The position numbers and the translations under genes were made by a program. A stretch of 64,000 nucleotides of DNA from contig NW_026250403.1 of the NCBI RefSeq assembly GCF_024521635.1, forward strand, positions 310,001 through 374,000, given 5' to 3'. The notes below the pieces were generated by a model. It was not told where the DNA came from, did no database searches, and worked only from the letters and a program-made list of their open reading frames with translations. Source of the stretch: Tricharina praecox (Eukaryota). Shown piece by piece: positions 38,101-51,266 of this stretch; position 1 is the stretch's first letter, and every line of letters begins with the position of its first letter.

Positions 38101-38463
38101 ACAGTGTATATAGGGTTGTCGCCGCCCTTCTCGATGAGCCATCCCTCTTCAACGAGCTCCTTTAGGGTCTACATTACGTTAGGACCGAACCATTGCAAGT
38201 GCACTTCGGATCACTCACAATGCGTGCTCGTTTCTTCCACGAAGCCGGGATCGCAATATCATTTTCACCACATATCTTCTCGAAGGCAGATTCTAATCAG
38301 ACACCGCCCGGTCAGCAACAAGTTCCACAGAGCGCTGGGATACGAGGGGGGGTCCAGAATGCCTACCGATCGACACCAAAGGAATCGCTTTGTTGGCGGT
38401 CTTGGGGTGGAACTGCGAGTCGATCGCGGCGAGCACCCGCACTTTGTACGGGTACGACGGCAT
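32178..38463 (-). CDS. Very long coiled-coil protein (~2050 aa) with predicted N-terminal winged-helix-like head; introns 38293-38366 and 38169-38218
   Basis: 1961-aa ORF dominated by E/L/K/Q heptads; two upstream GT-AG introns link it to ATG at 38463. Confidence 0.85.
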
Positions 38464-40521
38464 GTCTCTGGCGGTCGCGGTGTTGTTGTTGGATGATGCT
38501 TTTTGTCTTACTGTTATTTGGGGGGTGAATTCAAAATGTAAGCGACGGGGTATCTATCGTAGCAGTCGATGTTATTGCGAAGAAGGTATAAGGTATGGTC
38601 TGTGCGAAAAGGATCAAGTGTGACAAGGTGCGATCAGGTAAGGCAAGGTAGAGTGGAGTATGGTGTGGTGGTAAGAGGAGAGGAAGTATCGGAGTGGAGG
38701 GTGGTGGTGGTAGTGGTGGTGGTAGTGGTGGTGGTAGTGGTGGTGGTTATGTTCCAAAAAGCCCAGTTTCGCTGAAACGTGACGTCGGTGGATTTGAATT
38801 GTGGTTATGACTTGCGGGTGTGGTGTAATGTACTAGTATGACGCGCGATGTAGGCGGGACGCGCGTGATTCAGTGCGAGGCGGGTTTTTGGGAGCGGGTC
38901 TTCTCGATGGTTCCAGGTTTCGCGTCGTCGACTCGTCAACTTGTCGTCGATGCCGGCGCCGTTGTGTTGTGGTGGTGGTGGTTGTTATGGCAACTCGCAA
39001 CCGAAGGGGCAGTTCCAAAAAAGGAGAGCGGTCGTAAATTGAGAAGTGAGAGGGGAAGGAGAGACGGCTCAGACGAGTGAGCGAGAAACGCCGCTCGGAG
39101 GGAGGGAGGGAGGGGGAGAAGGGGAGAGAGTAAGGGTGGTAGAGGGTGATGAAGGGCGGCGGTGGTGATGGACCGTGGTGGAGGGAGGGGTGATGAACGG
39201 GCGGTAAGTTTGCTGGCTGCTCGATTAACTACTTCCGCTCTGCTGCCTGCCTGCCACACGTCCTCTTCCGTTCATTCGTCGTTGGGGCTAGTTAAGGGAC
39301 CGGGAAGATGGTTGACTGCAATAGCGCTGCATGGAAGCCGTCGACATGTGTTCGGGCCTTGCTAGCTGCGCAGGTGAAGTGCATCCTCAACTCCATGTAC
39401 CAGATACTTCTTACTGACCTACATCTACGGTAGATACTCTATATAGACACTCACTCTATCTGGGATCCACGACAGGCTCTGGATGGCTCAGCTCAAGGGA
39501 GAGAGACCTTGTTCTCTGCAGAAAACTCTTCGGCTTCAGGTCGATCTGACCCCTGCGAAGTTGTTTGCGGCTGGGAGGGAAGAGGGATGATGCAAAGACA
39601 GCTCAGCACAAGGCACAGCTCACGATCGCGGATCACTTCCCGCAGAAATAAAGGCGAAGCACGATGATTTGCCCTGGGGAGAACTGCATGGAAGACAAGG
39701 GCGCTCAATACGCTACGAGACAGACACGACTGCCCTCTTCCCTTGCCTGCTTAGAGTATCGGTGCACTGCGTTCTTACCATAGGGTAGAGTGTCTTACCC
39801 CTCCTCCTCATCCCCTCGATGCGGATCGGTTCTGTGGATCTCACTGCCTCTGCCCCTCTTCTCTCTGCCACCAGTGGCGTTGGGTTGTTCCAGTCATCTG
39901 GCGGAGAGCGTAATGGCGAGGTCATTGTGTTTCATTCACTCTCCCCGGCCGGCGCCGGTCCCGCAACAGCGGCATCCATGAAGGTGAGGGAGAAGCACGT
40001 AGGTACCTAGGATCTTAGATAGACCGGATACCGTAGAGGGGGCACTGGGGAGACAGCTCATCGAAATCTTGGTCTCCGTCTGGCCAACCGCGCTTCAAAC
40101 ATCCACAGCCAATGGCCGGCCGGATGATCGGTTCCGCTTCCTGTGCTTCTAGATATCCATCTCGTGCCCCGCCCAACCGGTGACGAGGCGCTTTTTCTAC
40201 GCCGTCCCCTTTCTCTTCTGCGCCTACATCTTTATCCGGAAGATCTCCCTTCGCTTCGGCAATCACATGATAGCGCGTCGAGGTCAATGTCAGCAATTAG
40301 CTAGGTAGTTAGCTGGGACGCAGCCAAGGGGACCGTGCAGGGTCCCTACGTCTGGGGGAGGTGGGGCTGAAGTGCTCAACTGAACCCTTCGAGTCTCTTT
40401 GAACTTCATACCCCTCCCCGTGCAAATAACCAGTGTCGACACATCTCGAAAGCTCTTTAGTACAGGCTGGTCCAGCAGAATTATCAACAAATACCCAATT
40501 GCCAGCTGCTACTCGCCCGCA

Positions 40522-41992
40522 ATGGATATCCGCCAGCTGTTGTCAGACGATCAGCCACATCCTCGGACAGTCGGTGGCCAAGCATCCAATGCATCAAACG
40601 GATCTGCTCAAGCAGTTGGCGGCGAGGCATCCAATGCTCAGAACGGAGCTGCAAACTCATCACCACTCCTCGCACTGCCCAATGGTCAGTCACATCTTCA
40701 TTCCGTCCAGGTACGCAGCTAACGACGTCTAGAGATCCTACTTGAGATACTATCCTCGGTATCCCACTACGACCTCGCCCGCCTCTCACAGGTCAACACC
40801 AAACTCCAGGACTTCTGCTCCACTCCATCCCTCTGGGCACCATTCCTGCACTCATTCCGCCTTCCCCCGTCGTACCCATACCGGGCCCTCGTAGCCTCAC
40901 TGCACGAGCACCTATGGCTGCGTCCGCGGCTCTGGTGGTCGGACCAAAACTGCAGCGGCCACCTCGTCACAACCTTCTTCGAGCTCGAAACCGAGACGAT
41001 AACACTGCACACGATCCTAGCGCCGCGCTTCCCCCCCAACGTGAAGAAATGGTCTCGCGACCCGTCAGTCCCAGTCTCCTCGCCAGCAACACGGGTGAGC
41101 CGCTGGCCCGCCTCCCTCCTCTCCGTCAACTCGCATTCCAAACCCGACCCGCGCACCGGCGAAATCGTCGAATTCATCCCGGACAGTCCCATAGCCGTGA
41201 GCCTCTTCCGGGTGCTCGCCATCCCAGCGGGCCCACCTTCCAGCAGCAGCAAATTCCTCTGGCCGCCGTCTTCCGTGCCAGCTACCGTCGACCGCTGCGC
41301 CAACAGCGAGAGCTTCGACGCGGGTACGTACCGAGCGCCGTACCCCTCTTTTGCCAGCGCGGACCTATTCCGGTTCCGCCGCGAGCTGCGCCACGGCACC
41401 ACGCAAATGCGCGGCGAGATCGAGACGCTCTCCGCAATCCCGGCGTCATGGTACACACCCACCCGCGCGCGCCCGCTCCGCGGCATCTTCATCGCCGACA
41501 TCCCAGACTACGGGTACCAGATGCTCCTGTTCCTGCAACCGACAACGGCCACCATAGACGCCGTAAAGCTCACCGGTGACACCGACCTCCCCCGTGGGAA
41601 AGTACTCTTCACCGTCAGGGATCTGGAAAACATAGTCAGGGTTGCGGACGATAGCGAGTGGCCCGGTGCCAGAGTCGTCCCTGCTGGCGTAAGGATTGGC
41701 GGCCGCAGACATGGGCTTTGTATGTTACTCCTACCCCCCCGTTTAGATGGTTGTTTGTGGAATGAGCTGTGCTGAAAACCCAGTCACGGCAGCAGCAGCG
41801 GCAAACGTGGCAAACATAGCAAGAAATGGTAACTGGGAGTATGCGGAGCTGTTCCTGGTCAGTAACGATAAGGTCGCCCTCCACTGGATGGGCGGCAGAG
41901 AGGGCGACAGGATCGCTACGTTCGAGAGAATCGATGTGGACACGTTCGTCTATGGTGGCGGGGTGCAGGTTTTCGGGGGTGAGAGTTGGTAG
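40522..41992 (+). CDS. F-box protein with C-terminal DUF3506/FBXO31-like domain; introns 40685-40732 and 41720-41783
   Basis: Splicing gives F-box LLALPNEILLEILSSVSHYDLARLSQVNTKLQDFCSTPSLW; C-terminal RGIFIAD..YGYQMLLF..AVKLTGDTDLPRG..ELFLVSNDKVALHW. Confidence 0.82.
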
Positions 41993-43142
41993 GCGGCAGG
42001 TCAACATCGTCAAGGAACAACGGGAGGCGAGATGCGTTTTCTTTTTGCTTGTTTAATCATGACCGGGAGTTGCGGTTTAGTCATGATATATCGTTCGGTT
42101 GAGGCGGGTGATGGGCTGTGATGGGCCATGATGGACAGTAAATGCGACGAGCTTTTTTCTTTTTTCTTCTTTTTTTCTTTTTATGGGAGACGGGGCAGCT
42201 ATGGTAGCTCGGTATGGGATGATGTACTCTAAATATGGTTTATGAGCAACCAATAACGACATCGAGATTCGATTCTGACTGGCCGAGAGTCAGGGAGTCG
42301 AGACATGGACAAAACCTTTATTTTTGCGTATCCGTGTATCCGGCATGTCTCCGACTCGCAACTCGCAACTCGCAACTCTTGTTTTTGTTATGTAGTCTGG
42401 ACCTCATCGACTGACCTCGTCGACTGATTGATCGTCTGGGTGACTGATCATCCGAGTGAAAAGTGAAAACCTGCCGGAGCTGAGTGAATACCGGTAATGT
42501 AGTTACTTGCCTGCCTCCGCTCGAGCCTTGACTCCGAGATCGACTCTGAGATCAAGAATGAGAACAAGAAGAGAGGCGAAAACACAGTGGCAATAGCGAT
42601 GGCAAGCACGCATCCGCCGTATCCGTGTATCCCCCCACTGCAACATCCAGAGGTAGATCTATTCTACTCTACCGTACACAACCCACGATCCGAGGTGTAC
42701 AATACTCTACACAGAAGCATCCACACTCGCCTAGGTACTCTACAATGTATGTACTCTACATCATGTAGCTGCATCATGACGTCCCTTGCAGCCTGCACAG
42801 TGCCCACGGTTCCGCAAATTCCCAGATCCCAATCCTCAAGCTCCTAATACCAGTTACGATTCCAGCGATTCCAGCGACTCGAGAACAGAACAAATGTATT
42901 ACTTCAAACGACCAATGATGCCGTGCCGTGCCATAGTAGTAATAGTAGTAATAGTAGTAGTAGTAGCGCAGCAACAGTAAAGCAAACTCAAACTCCATCC
43001 CGATCTATATGCAGCCCGTACGAATGCACAACCTCCATCTGCCGGTGCCATCTGCCATCTCCCATCGCCACACCCCGCCATCCATCCATCCATCCATCCA
43101 TCCACCCACCCACCCCGTATTAAAACCCAAGTAAGTAGTATC

Positions 43143-43838
43143 CTAAACCACCGGACCCCGCGGCAGCACCTTCCTTTCCTCGCCGAGCACCACTATCCCG
43201 CCAGCATCTATCAGACCCATGGCCAGCAAGTAAAGGCAAGAAAAAAACGAAACGAAAGAATAAAAAACAGAAGAAAAAGATGGAGGAGACAAACATCGCT
43301 GGTAGAGCACCCACGAGGTGACAAACACGACCGGCAGCGCGATGATAACGATCCTAACCCTTCACTCCGCACAGCCACCTCGTCGCATCAGTCCCGTCCT
43401 TCTGTCCATCCATTACACCCCGCGCCCCGCGCCCACCACCCCCCCCCCCCACTACCACCAGCACCCCCCCTCCCCCAACAACGAAGTAACTCACTTCCGC
43501 TCTGCAGCCTTATACTCAGGACTACTGGTGCTGCTTCCTCCACTCTTCTTTCCCCCATTGCTTCCCCCATTCCCATTCTTCCCATTCCCCGCCGCACTCT
43601 GAGCCGACGTAGCAAACCCCCTCCCCCGAATCTCGAAAACAGGCGTAAGCGGCGGGGCGCGAAACGGCGGGAGCGAGGTGCGGGGCGCGTGCGGGGGCGG
43701 CGGCGGATTGCGGCACGCGGCGAGACCGGCCGCCGTCAGCCGCGACGTCCGCGCGCTGTAGCTCATTCGCATCGTTGTCGACGCGGCCGCCCGCGCGATC
43801 GCGGTTGTGGAGGTGAGGGCTTTGGTTGTGGGGTGCAT
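43143..43838 (-). CDS. Small predicted mitochondrial single-pass membrane protein (two introns)
   Basis: R/S/T/A-rich presequence-like N-terminus ending ..RGFATSA; spliced C-terminus EYKAAERKVRIVIIALPVVFVTSWVLYQRLVLGEERKVLP. Confidence 0.6.
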
Positions 43839-45369
43839 TCTTGCTGTGGTGTTGTGGGTGGAGAGGGGGGAGGTGGGTGAGGTGGAGGAAGAAGTTTGGT
43901 GATGGGATGTGGTGGGATGTGGTGGAAGAAGGATGGGCGAAGGGTCTAGTGCGTGCAGTAGTGCGATGGTCGTTGGTGGTGGTGGTGGTAGTGTTGGTGG
44001 CGGATTGTTTATTTGCTCGTGATTTGTTTCTGTGTATGTAGTACTCGTGATCTGCCTCAGTCGGTTGGTCGGTTGGTAGGTCGGTGATGGAAGAAGACAA
44101 GAAGACAAGACGGAAAGAGAAGTTCTCGGGCGAGGCGAGAATATATACGCAAGTAAGAAAGTAAGAAAGTGTATCTACCGGTATCGACCAGATCCCCTGG
44201 AAAGAATGTTGAAAAAGCTAAGCTGAGACCTGAGACCCGCACGCACGGTGCGCACTGCAGAGTAACTACAGGGTGGGCGATAGGTAACACCCACTCACCG
44301 CCCACCGCCCCTTTAGGGTTCCTTTTACTTGTCTAGGTGGAAAGGCAGAGATAACATTTTTCCTGCCCCCAGGTCCCCCCAACCACTACGGTACCGGTAC
44401 TCTAACCTAGCCTAGTATGTAGACAACAATTCCAGAAAATCCAGCCCCAACAGCCGCCCGCCAGCGGCGAGACGGCCAGTCTACCTCAGCCCTAACTGGT
44501 AAGCAACTGCTCTCAACGGCGCCTGCCTGCACAGGCAAGCGCAACCCTGCCACGATGAAGATGGCTGGCAGGCAGCGCGCAGGGCCAGGGTGACGTAAGG
44601 GGTGCACCCAGTGAGGATCTGTCCCCCTCCCTTCCTCGCGCCCTCGCACCCTCGCACCGTCCGCTCTCGGCCGTTTGCGGCGATCGATGCTGGCTGCGAC
44701 GCTGCGACGCTGCGACGCTGCGCCTCAACGAAAAAGGGCGGGAGTGACGACTTACATACGGGGCGGGCAATGGAGGGGAGGGAGGGGAGGGATCCAATCC
44801 AATCATCGGTGGAATAAATGCGCGCAGGAGGCAGGACGGTGGGTGTGGCAGATCGAGGAAAAACGTTTCGATTCGTTTCATTCAATCCCGCTCCGCTAAA
44901 TTAAACTGCTGCTGGTATATGCTGCTGCTTGGCGCTGCTGCTGCCTCAGCCAGCTGCTTCCTGCGCCCGCGCCCCGATGCTCATCATCGGCACCCAATCT
45001 AATCCCCTCCCTTCCCCCCCCTCCCCCACCCACACTCACCTCTCATCCCCCGCAGATAAATGCTGAGTGACATAGAGCATGTGGGGATATCACATATTAC
45101 TCTAGATATATGATTGGGAACCAGGAAGGAGGGGGGCCCGGGGGCACTCGAGATCGAAAAAGGAGGAAGCTGAGAATCATCGACGGCCCGAATGCCCGCA
45201 TCCGCCATCCGCACACACACATACGGCACTCTCACCGACACACCGACACACACCGACGCACCGACACAGCCGTGCCATTGCAAGTATTGCAAGTATAGGT
45301 ACTAGTATTAAAGGTACACGTAGAGCCAGTAGACCACAATATACATAGGATAGGCATTCACACGCCCAT

Positions 45370-47184
45370 CTACTCGTCCGCATCATCCGGCAGCTCCTGG
45401 AACCGGCCCTGCTCGACCGCCTGCCGCACCGGGTTCTCAACATTGATAACCCCCGTCTTCTTCAATCTATTATCGTCGCAACCTGACATTAGCCCAGGCT
45501 CTACGTACCCGCCTGCGGGACGACCGATACAACAGTAACGGGGTAGTGGTGAAGAGTGTGGTTGCATGCCTTTCAAAGAGGACAAATAGACGTTCCGCCT
45601 CGCGTTCCTTCTCTTCCTGTGACATCCCGGCGAAAGGATCGGTAAGGGTGGGTTCATAGTCGAGTGTTTGACCGGTGATTGGGTTGATGGGACGGGATGA
45701 GGCCGACGCGCTGGGCATGTCGGATGAGGCGGGGAGGGGAATGTTGTGGGTCAGTAAGAACCCCGAGGCGTAGCCGTAGCCAATGTTGAGGATAAATTGT
45801 TCGGCGTTTTGGTCGGAAAGGGTGAACAGGAGCCAGGAGATGTGCTCTCGAGTGTTCGGTGCCGAAGCGGAGCTTGACAGCTGGAGGAGGCGAGCGGCGA
45901 GCGTCGTGCCTTTTCCTAATGGCTGCTTCCGTTCCCTTTTGCATCCACATATGATTAGCACTGCGATGGGACACCATGTAGACGGAGAACTCACTCTTCG
46001 GATGGTAGCAACCGGCTCTTGAGGTAGTCCTTCACATCCTCGTCTGCGATGTCTGCAATAGCCCTCAACAACGTCACCAACGGGGTTCCAGCCTCGTCCC
46101 AGCTCTCAGAGGTGTTTGCGCCGAGCTTGGTGAACTTTGGGTCTATCGCCTTATCCAGTATATCTACTAGCTTCTTGACATGTAACAGCGGGTCTTCCGG
46201 CGGGAATGCAGCATATTTGCACGCCGACAGTCTTGCGCCCACCATTGCATTGAGGATATTCGAGAGCGGCGGTTGGAGAGGGAAAGATGCTGGCTCGAGC
46301 TGCCGGAGCATTTTGAATAATGACGGTGCACAACTGTCTCAATTAGCATGCAACCACTACCACGTACACAACCACCATCTCTTCAGCAATTACGAACCCT
46401 ATTGTTAGTCCCTCCTCATCCGCCACGTAATGTGTCAAGTTGAAGTACAGCTTTAATGTTTCCGACAAAGCCATAGTAGCCATGGGATTCGACGGTCGTA
46501 CGTCCTCCGCATGTCGTGCAAGAGCCTATCCCGATCAGCCACCACAGCCACCACAGCCAACACCATCACCGCCGCCCTCGCCAACATACCTCTTTAACCG
46601 CCGTCTCCAACCCATGCACCTTCAACAGCTTCTTCAAATCCGCCGAGGTATCGTAGGTAATCAGCAGCAATATCCTAGCCAGCAAGAACTCATCATCGCA
46701 ATCTGTGCTCTTTTCTCAAATTCAGCGGCGTCCTTTCCCGCATCGCGTCAGCACCTACTGTAAACGCCTCCGCCGCCTTCTCATGGAACCCACAATCCAC
46801 GACGAACTGCCTGGTCTTCGGCGCCATGAGCAGGGTGTTCGCCAGCGCCCTCTGCGCCTCTCGCGCACTCTGGCGGTCCTCGGCGTTGACCACGAAGCCG
46901 TGCGCGCCTAGCACCCCGATCCCAGAGGCAGCGTACATCTCGTCGTTGCCGACCGGGTCGCGGCTGTACACCTTGAGCTGTTCGAGAGCCTGGAAACGCG
47001 CTGTGCGGGATGGCCGTCAGCGAATTGCAATGCGGGGTGGAGGCGCGCCATGGCCACCGCGGGACTGACCGGTCGCATTGAGCCGTGGCGGGGTGAGGTC
47101 GTCGCGGAGCTGAGAGAGGAGCTCCGAAGTGTGCCGTTGCTTGTCTGCTGGGGGGGATGTTAGCACTCCCGCCGCCGCCGCCAT
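45370..47184 (-). CDS. RIC8: Ric8/synembryn G-alpha guanine nucleotide exchange factor (multi-exon)
   Basis: ALEQLKVYSRDP, REAQRALANTLL, NIGYGYASGFL, INPITGQ, MSQEEKEREAERLFVLFERLKKTGVINVENP motifs. Confidence 0.92.
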
Positions 47185-47845
47185 CACCGAGCTCGACTGC
47201 TCTGCACTGCTCTGCACGTACCGGGAGTCACCATCGTGAGTGTCGTGTATTATGTAGCTATGGTAGTCGTCGCTCGTTATTTCGTGTCTCTTGTCGCTTG
47301 TCGTGAGTGAGTAAAAATGAATGGCCAGACCGGTCCGGGCCAAAACACTTGTGGGAGAAGAGGTGATGCTTGATGAAGGGGGGGGAAATTATGGGAGGTT
47401 GGAGGGTAGGCAGGCAGGGAGTGGGGTTTCCAATCCCCGTCCATCATCAGTCCTACTCTACTAGTAGAGTGCTATCTAGAGTATGACCTCACATGCATCT
47501 ATGCATGGCATACATACCTACCTACCCCCCCCCCCGCCCATGTCCGCTAGATAGATGGACCGCTGAGATTAACGGGCTCGGCCTGCGGTGCCGAGAAGAT
47601 AGAGTTGCCCGCTTGGCAACGGGCCTTCGGCAATGGTGCCAGCGTTCCGGAAGCGAACATAAAGAGGCCGGCGCTTTGTTGAGAACCTGAGATACAAGTC
47701 CATCTTGGATACTCATGCAGCGTTACTCATAGGATAACTAATAGGACGCATTGAACAAGAGATGTACATTTGACCGATTCTATCTAAGCCCTCTAAATGC
47801 ACCCTATTCCCCTCAAAATCGAAGATATAATACACAGATGCAGGA

Positions 47846-50381
47846 CTACATCTTCTGCAGGCCATACGTCTCCAACTCCGCATCCGTGATTAAACTCGGA
47901 CTCTTCACCAATGGGTCGATGCCCTTATTATTCTTCGGGAACGCAATAACATCCCTGACACTATCGGTACCCATCATGATAGCGAGCAAGCGATCGAAGC
48001 CGAGCGCGATCCCCGCATGCGGCGGACATCCACTGCCCAGGACATCGAGCAGATGATCGAACTGGTGGATCTTATCGGGATGGACCTTGATGATCTCCTC
48101 CAGGATGTACCGCTGCAGCTCGGGATCGTGGATACGCCGCGACCCACCGCCCAGTTCGACGCCGTTGACGACCAGATCGTAGTGTTCCGCGCGGACTCGC
48201 TGCGGTTCGGTGCCGAGGAGGGCGAAATCTTCTTCGTGCGGGGCGGTGAAGGGGTGGTGGGTTGACGCAAGGCCGGAGGTGCCGCTTTGGCCGGGTTCCG
48301 AGTCGTCGGTTGGGGAGAAGAGCGGGAATTCGGTTATCCAGACGAACTCGAAGCCGGTCGGAGGCTTGAGGACTTCAGCTGCAATGGCTTTGTTGATCAG
48401 GGCTGTTCGCAGTTGGCCGAGTCGCGTGCCGCTGCCCTAGAAGATGTTGGTACGTGTCCGGTCATGACGGGCGTTGACGGGTGTGATGCAACTTACTGCG
48501 TAATGTATAAAATGGTTCTTCAGCAAGACGATATCGCCCTCATTGAGCTGTAGGGCCTCGTTGATAGCCTCGACCTCGGCAGCAGATAATCCGTGCTCAG
48601 GAACACCATTCGCCGTGTCTTCGCCGGCAACGTAGGACATGAACCGGTCTGGCCCGCCAGCTACCTGGTGCTCGGCCACGAGCTCCTCGTGAATGCGCTT
48701 CATAGTTTCTAATTGCGCGTCACCACGACGGATGTAAAACGTTTGGGCGCCGGGGTACCGGGTTTCCTGGTTTTCGTCGAAGAAGACTTTGTGAATCTGT
48801 GACTATCTGTCAGCAATGCTTGTTTGAAGCTATTGCGATGGGCAAAATCGACCTTGAGCTTATGGAATCGCAGATCAGGTTTGTCGGTTCCATAGTAACG
48901 CATAGCATCCCGATAAGTCATCCTTTTGAATTGGAAGGGAATATCAACGCCCAGTACTTTCGACCACAGCTCTCTGAGAAGTTTTTGCATGATCTCGATG
49001 ACATCCTCCTGGCGCGCAAACGACATTTCGAGATCGAGCTGCGTAAACTCGGGCTGCCTATCCGCGCGCAGGTCTTCATCTCGGAAGCACCTGGCGACCT
49101 GGAAGTACCTAGCAACGCCGCTAGCCATGAGAATCTGCTTATATTGTTGAGGTGACTGCGGCAGAGCGTAACACATCCCCCCACTGCCGCTCTGGCTTCT
49201 GTTGCGAGCGGGAACGAGAAACTCCCGGGCGCCCTCCGGTGTAGACTTAAACAACAATGGAGTTTCCACCTCCAGGAATCCGTGCCTACGTAGCACCGAG
49301 CGACATACATCGTTCACCCGACTCCTCATGTTCAGGGCCCGAGCGAGTTCTGGCATGGTGCGCAGCTGGAGATGTCGCTTCTCAGCCGGGAACACGGTTT
49401 CGGGAGTGTAGATAAGGTCAGGAGACACCGAATTGAGTTGAACCAGCGAATCGAGACGAATCTCCGGCCTGTCCTGCGCTGCCGAGTCGGACCACTGCTT
49501 GCTCTCACCGAGTGACAGCGTGTCTGGCGCAGGTGGCGAAACCGATTTAACGATCGTTCCGGTAATAGCCACCGGTACGAATGGCGGAAGCTTCAGCAGA
49601 GCGTTGTGCATATCCTTTCGCTCCTCGGAGGTATTTGCATCGATGCTCGAAACCAGCTGAATTGTGACATTGGGGCCCGTAAAGAAATCGTAGAGATGCA
49701 AGAACACAAGTTTCTTGCTCACCCTCCGCACCGTCTTGATGTAGCCGTGGAGCACCACGTCCTTGTTACCGACACGACTGTTGATCTGCTCAACTCTGTG
49801 TGTCGCGCGAGGAAACTTGACTGCAGTCGTCAGCCCTCGCTCTTTCTCGCAATCATACCAAGGGGAGGGGATGTGTCACACTTCTGCTCCAGTCCCTCCG
49901 GCGGCGGCGGCAGTCCTGTAAGGGAAACCGGAGGCCTCGGCTTTCTTGGGGGCGGCTTGGTAGACAGCAGCATTTCGTACGTCCTATCGACCTTACTCGC
50001 ATCCTTGATGGTAGGCATGAACGCCTCATCGACCTCGATCTGCTTCTTGCTCTTCTTGACCTTGCTCAAGAACGCCTCAACGTCTTTCGTCGTAATTCCC
50101 TTGGTGGTCCTCCACACAGCCTGTTTCCGTGGGCCCTCTGGCTTTAGTCGTCCTTCGAGCCTCACCTTCACTGGATCCGCCAGCGGAAACTCCTCCTCCA
50201 GCGATTTGGCAGCATCAGACGCGGCTTGGGCACGCTCCTCGGGGGTCTCGGGGGCCTTGGTGCTGCTGTACGTGCGTGCCGATGTCCGGGGAAGCAGACC
50301 GAGCTGGTTGGGCCGCGGGGTGAGACCCCGGCTGAGGATTCGTATTCGACAGCGGAGACATATCCGCGATACTGTAGACAT
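47846..50381 (-). CDS. MSD1: Mitochondrial aspartyl-tRNA synthetase (multi-exon)
   Basis: [85 protein letters not shown]; Arg-rich presequence. Confidence 0.93.
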
Positions 50382-51266
50382 TGCGCACGATCCCGCTGTG
50401 TATGTTTGGCTCGTACGGAATTGCCAGGTGTGTGTAGAAGGGTGGGTGGGAGGTTTGGGGCGCGGAGGACTGGTGAACGTGGGGTGATTTTGTGAGATGG
50501 TTTTGAAGAACTTGGCAGAAGCCACCACGCCGCACAGGGTAAAAGTAAAAATTAGTTATCGATGCATGCGCAATCACTCATTCCGTCCTCTCTACGCTAG
50601 AAAACAGCAAAACAAAGCCCAAAAAAAGCGAGAACACGAATTGTTTGCCACAGAGTTTGCTCTGCCCCGCCTTGGTGTTGATTCATTCGCGCGGGCCCGC
50701 ATAATCCCCGCCTGCCAGTCCGCTGTCAAGAAGTACTTACTTATGGATGAATTTATTCCCATACATCTCTCCCGCCCTCACCGCCCCCGCACGGCAACCT
50801 TTCAGTACACATTTCCAACAGTCCCCGGTACATACGATAATTCAAAGGAAGCGTGAATGATAATGCAAGAAAACCCATAAAAGTGGAAACAAAAAATAAA
50901 AAGCCATATTCTACAGCTACCATTCCCTCCCAGCACTTTGCCACCCCACCTCCCGCCGTCACCCATACCAAAAAATGAGACAATAGTAAGTAAAGAAAAA
51001 ACCCCCCTGGTTCGGTCGATTCGAGAAGCCAAGAAAACCGGACGGAATGAAAGTTTACAAAAGGCCTCCTCCAGTACAGCGAATACCTCACAGGTCAATC
51101 ATTATCGCGCTCGTATGATAATAAGCGAACCAGAAGAAACATAACCAAAGCAAGAAAGGGAACAAGAAGAAGTCAGAAGCTGAAGAAACAGGAATACTAT
51201 ATACCGGGGATATTAAACCGACCCACAAAACGACCAAATGCCTCGACACTTTCCCTCCCAGCTCCA

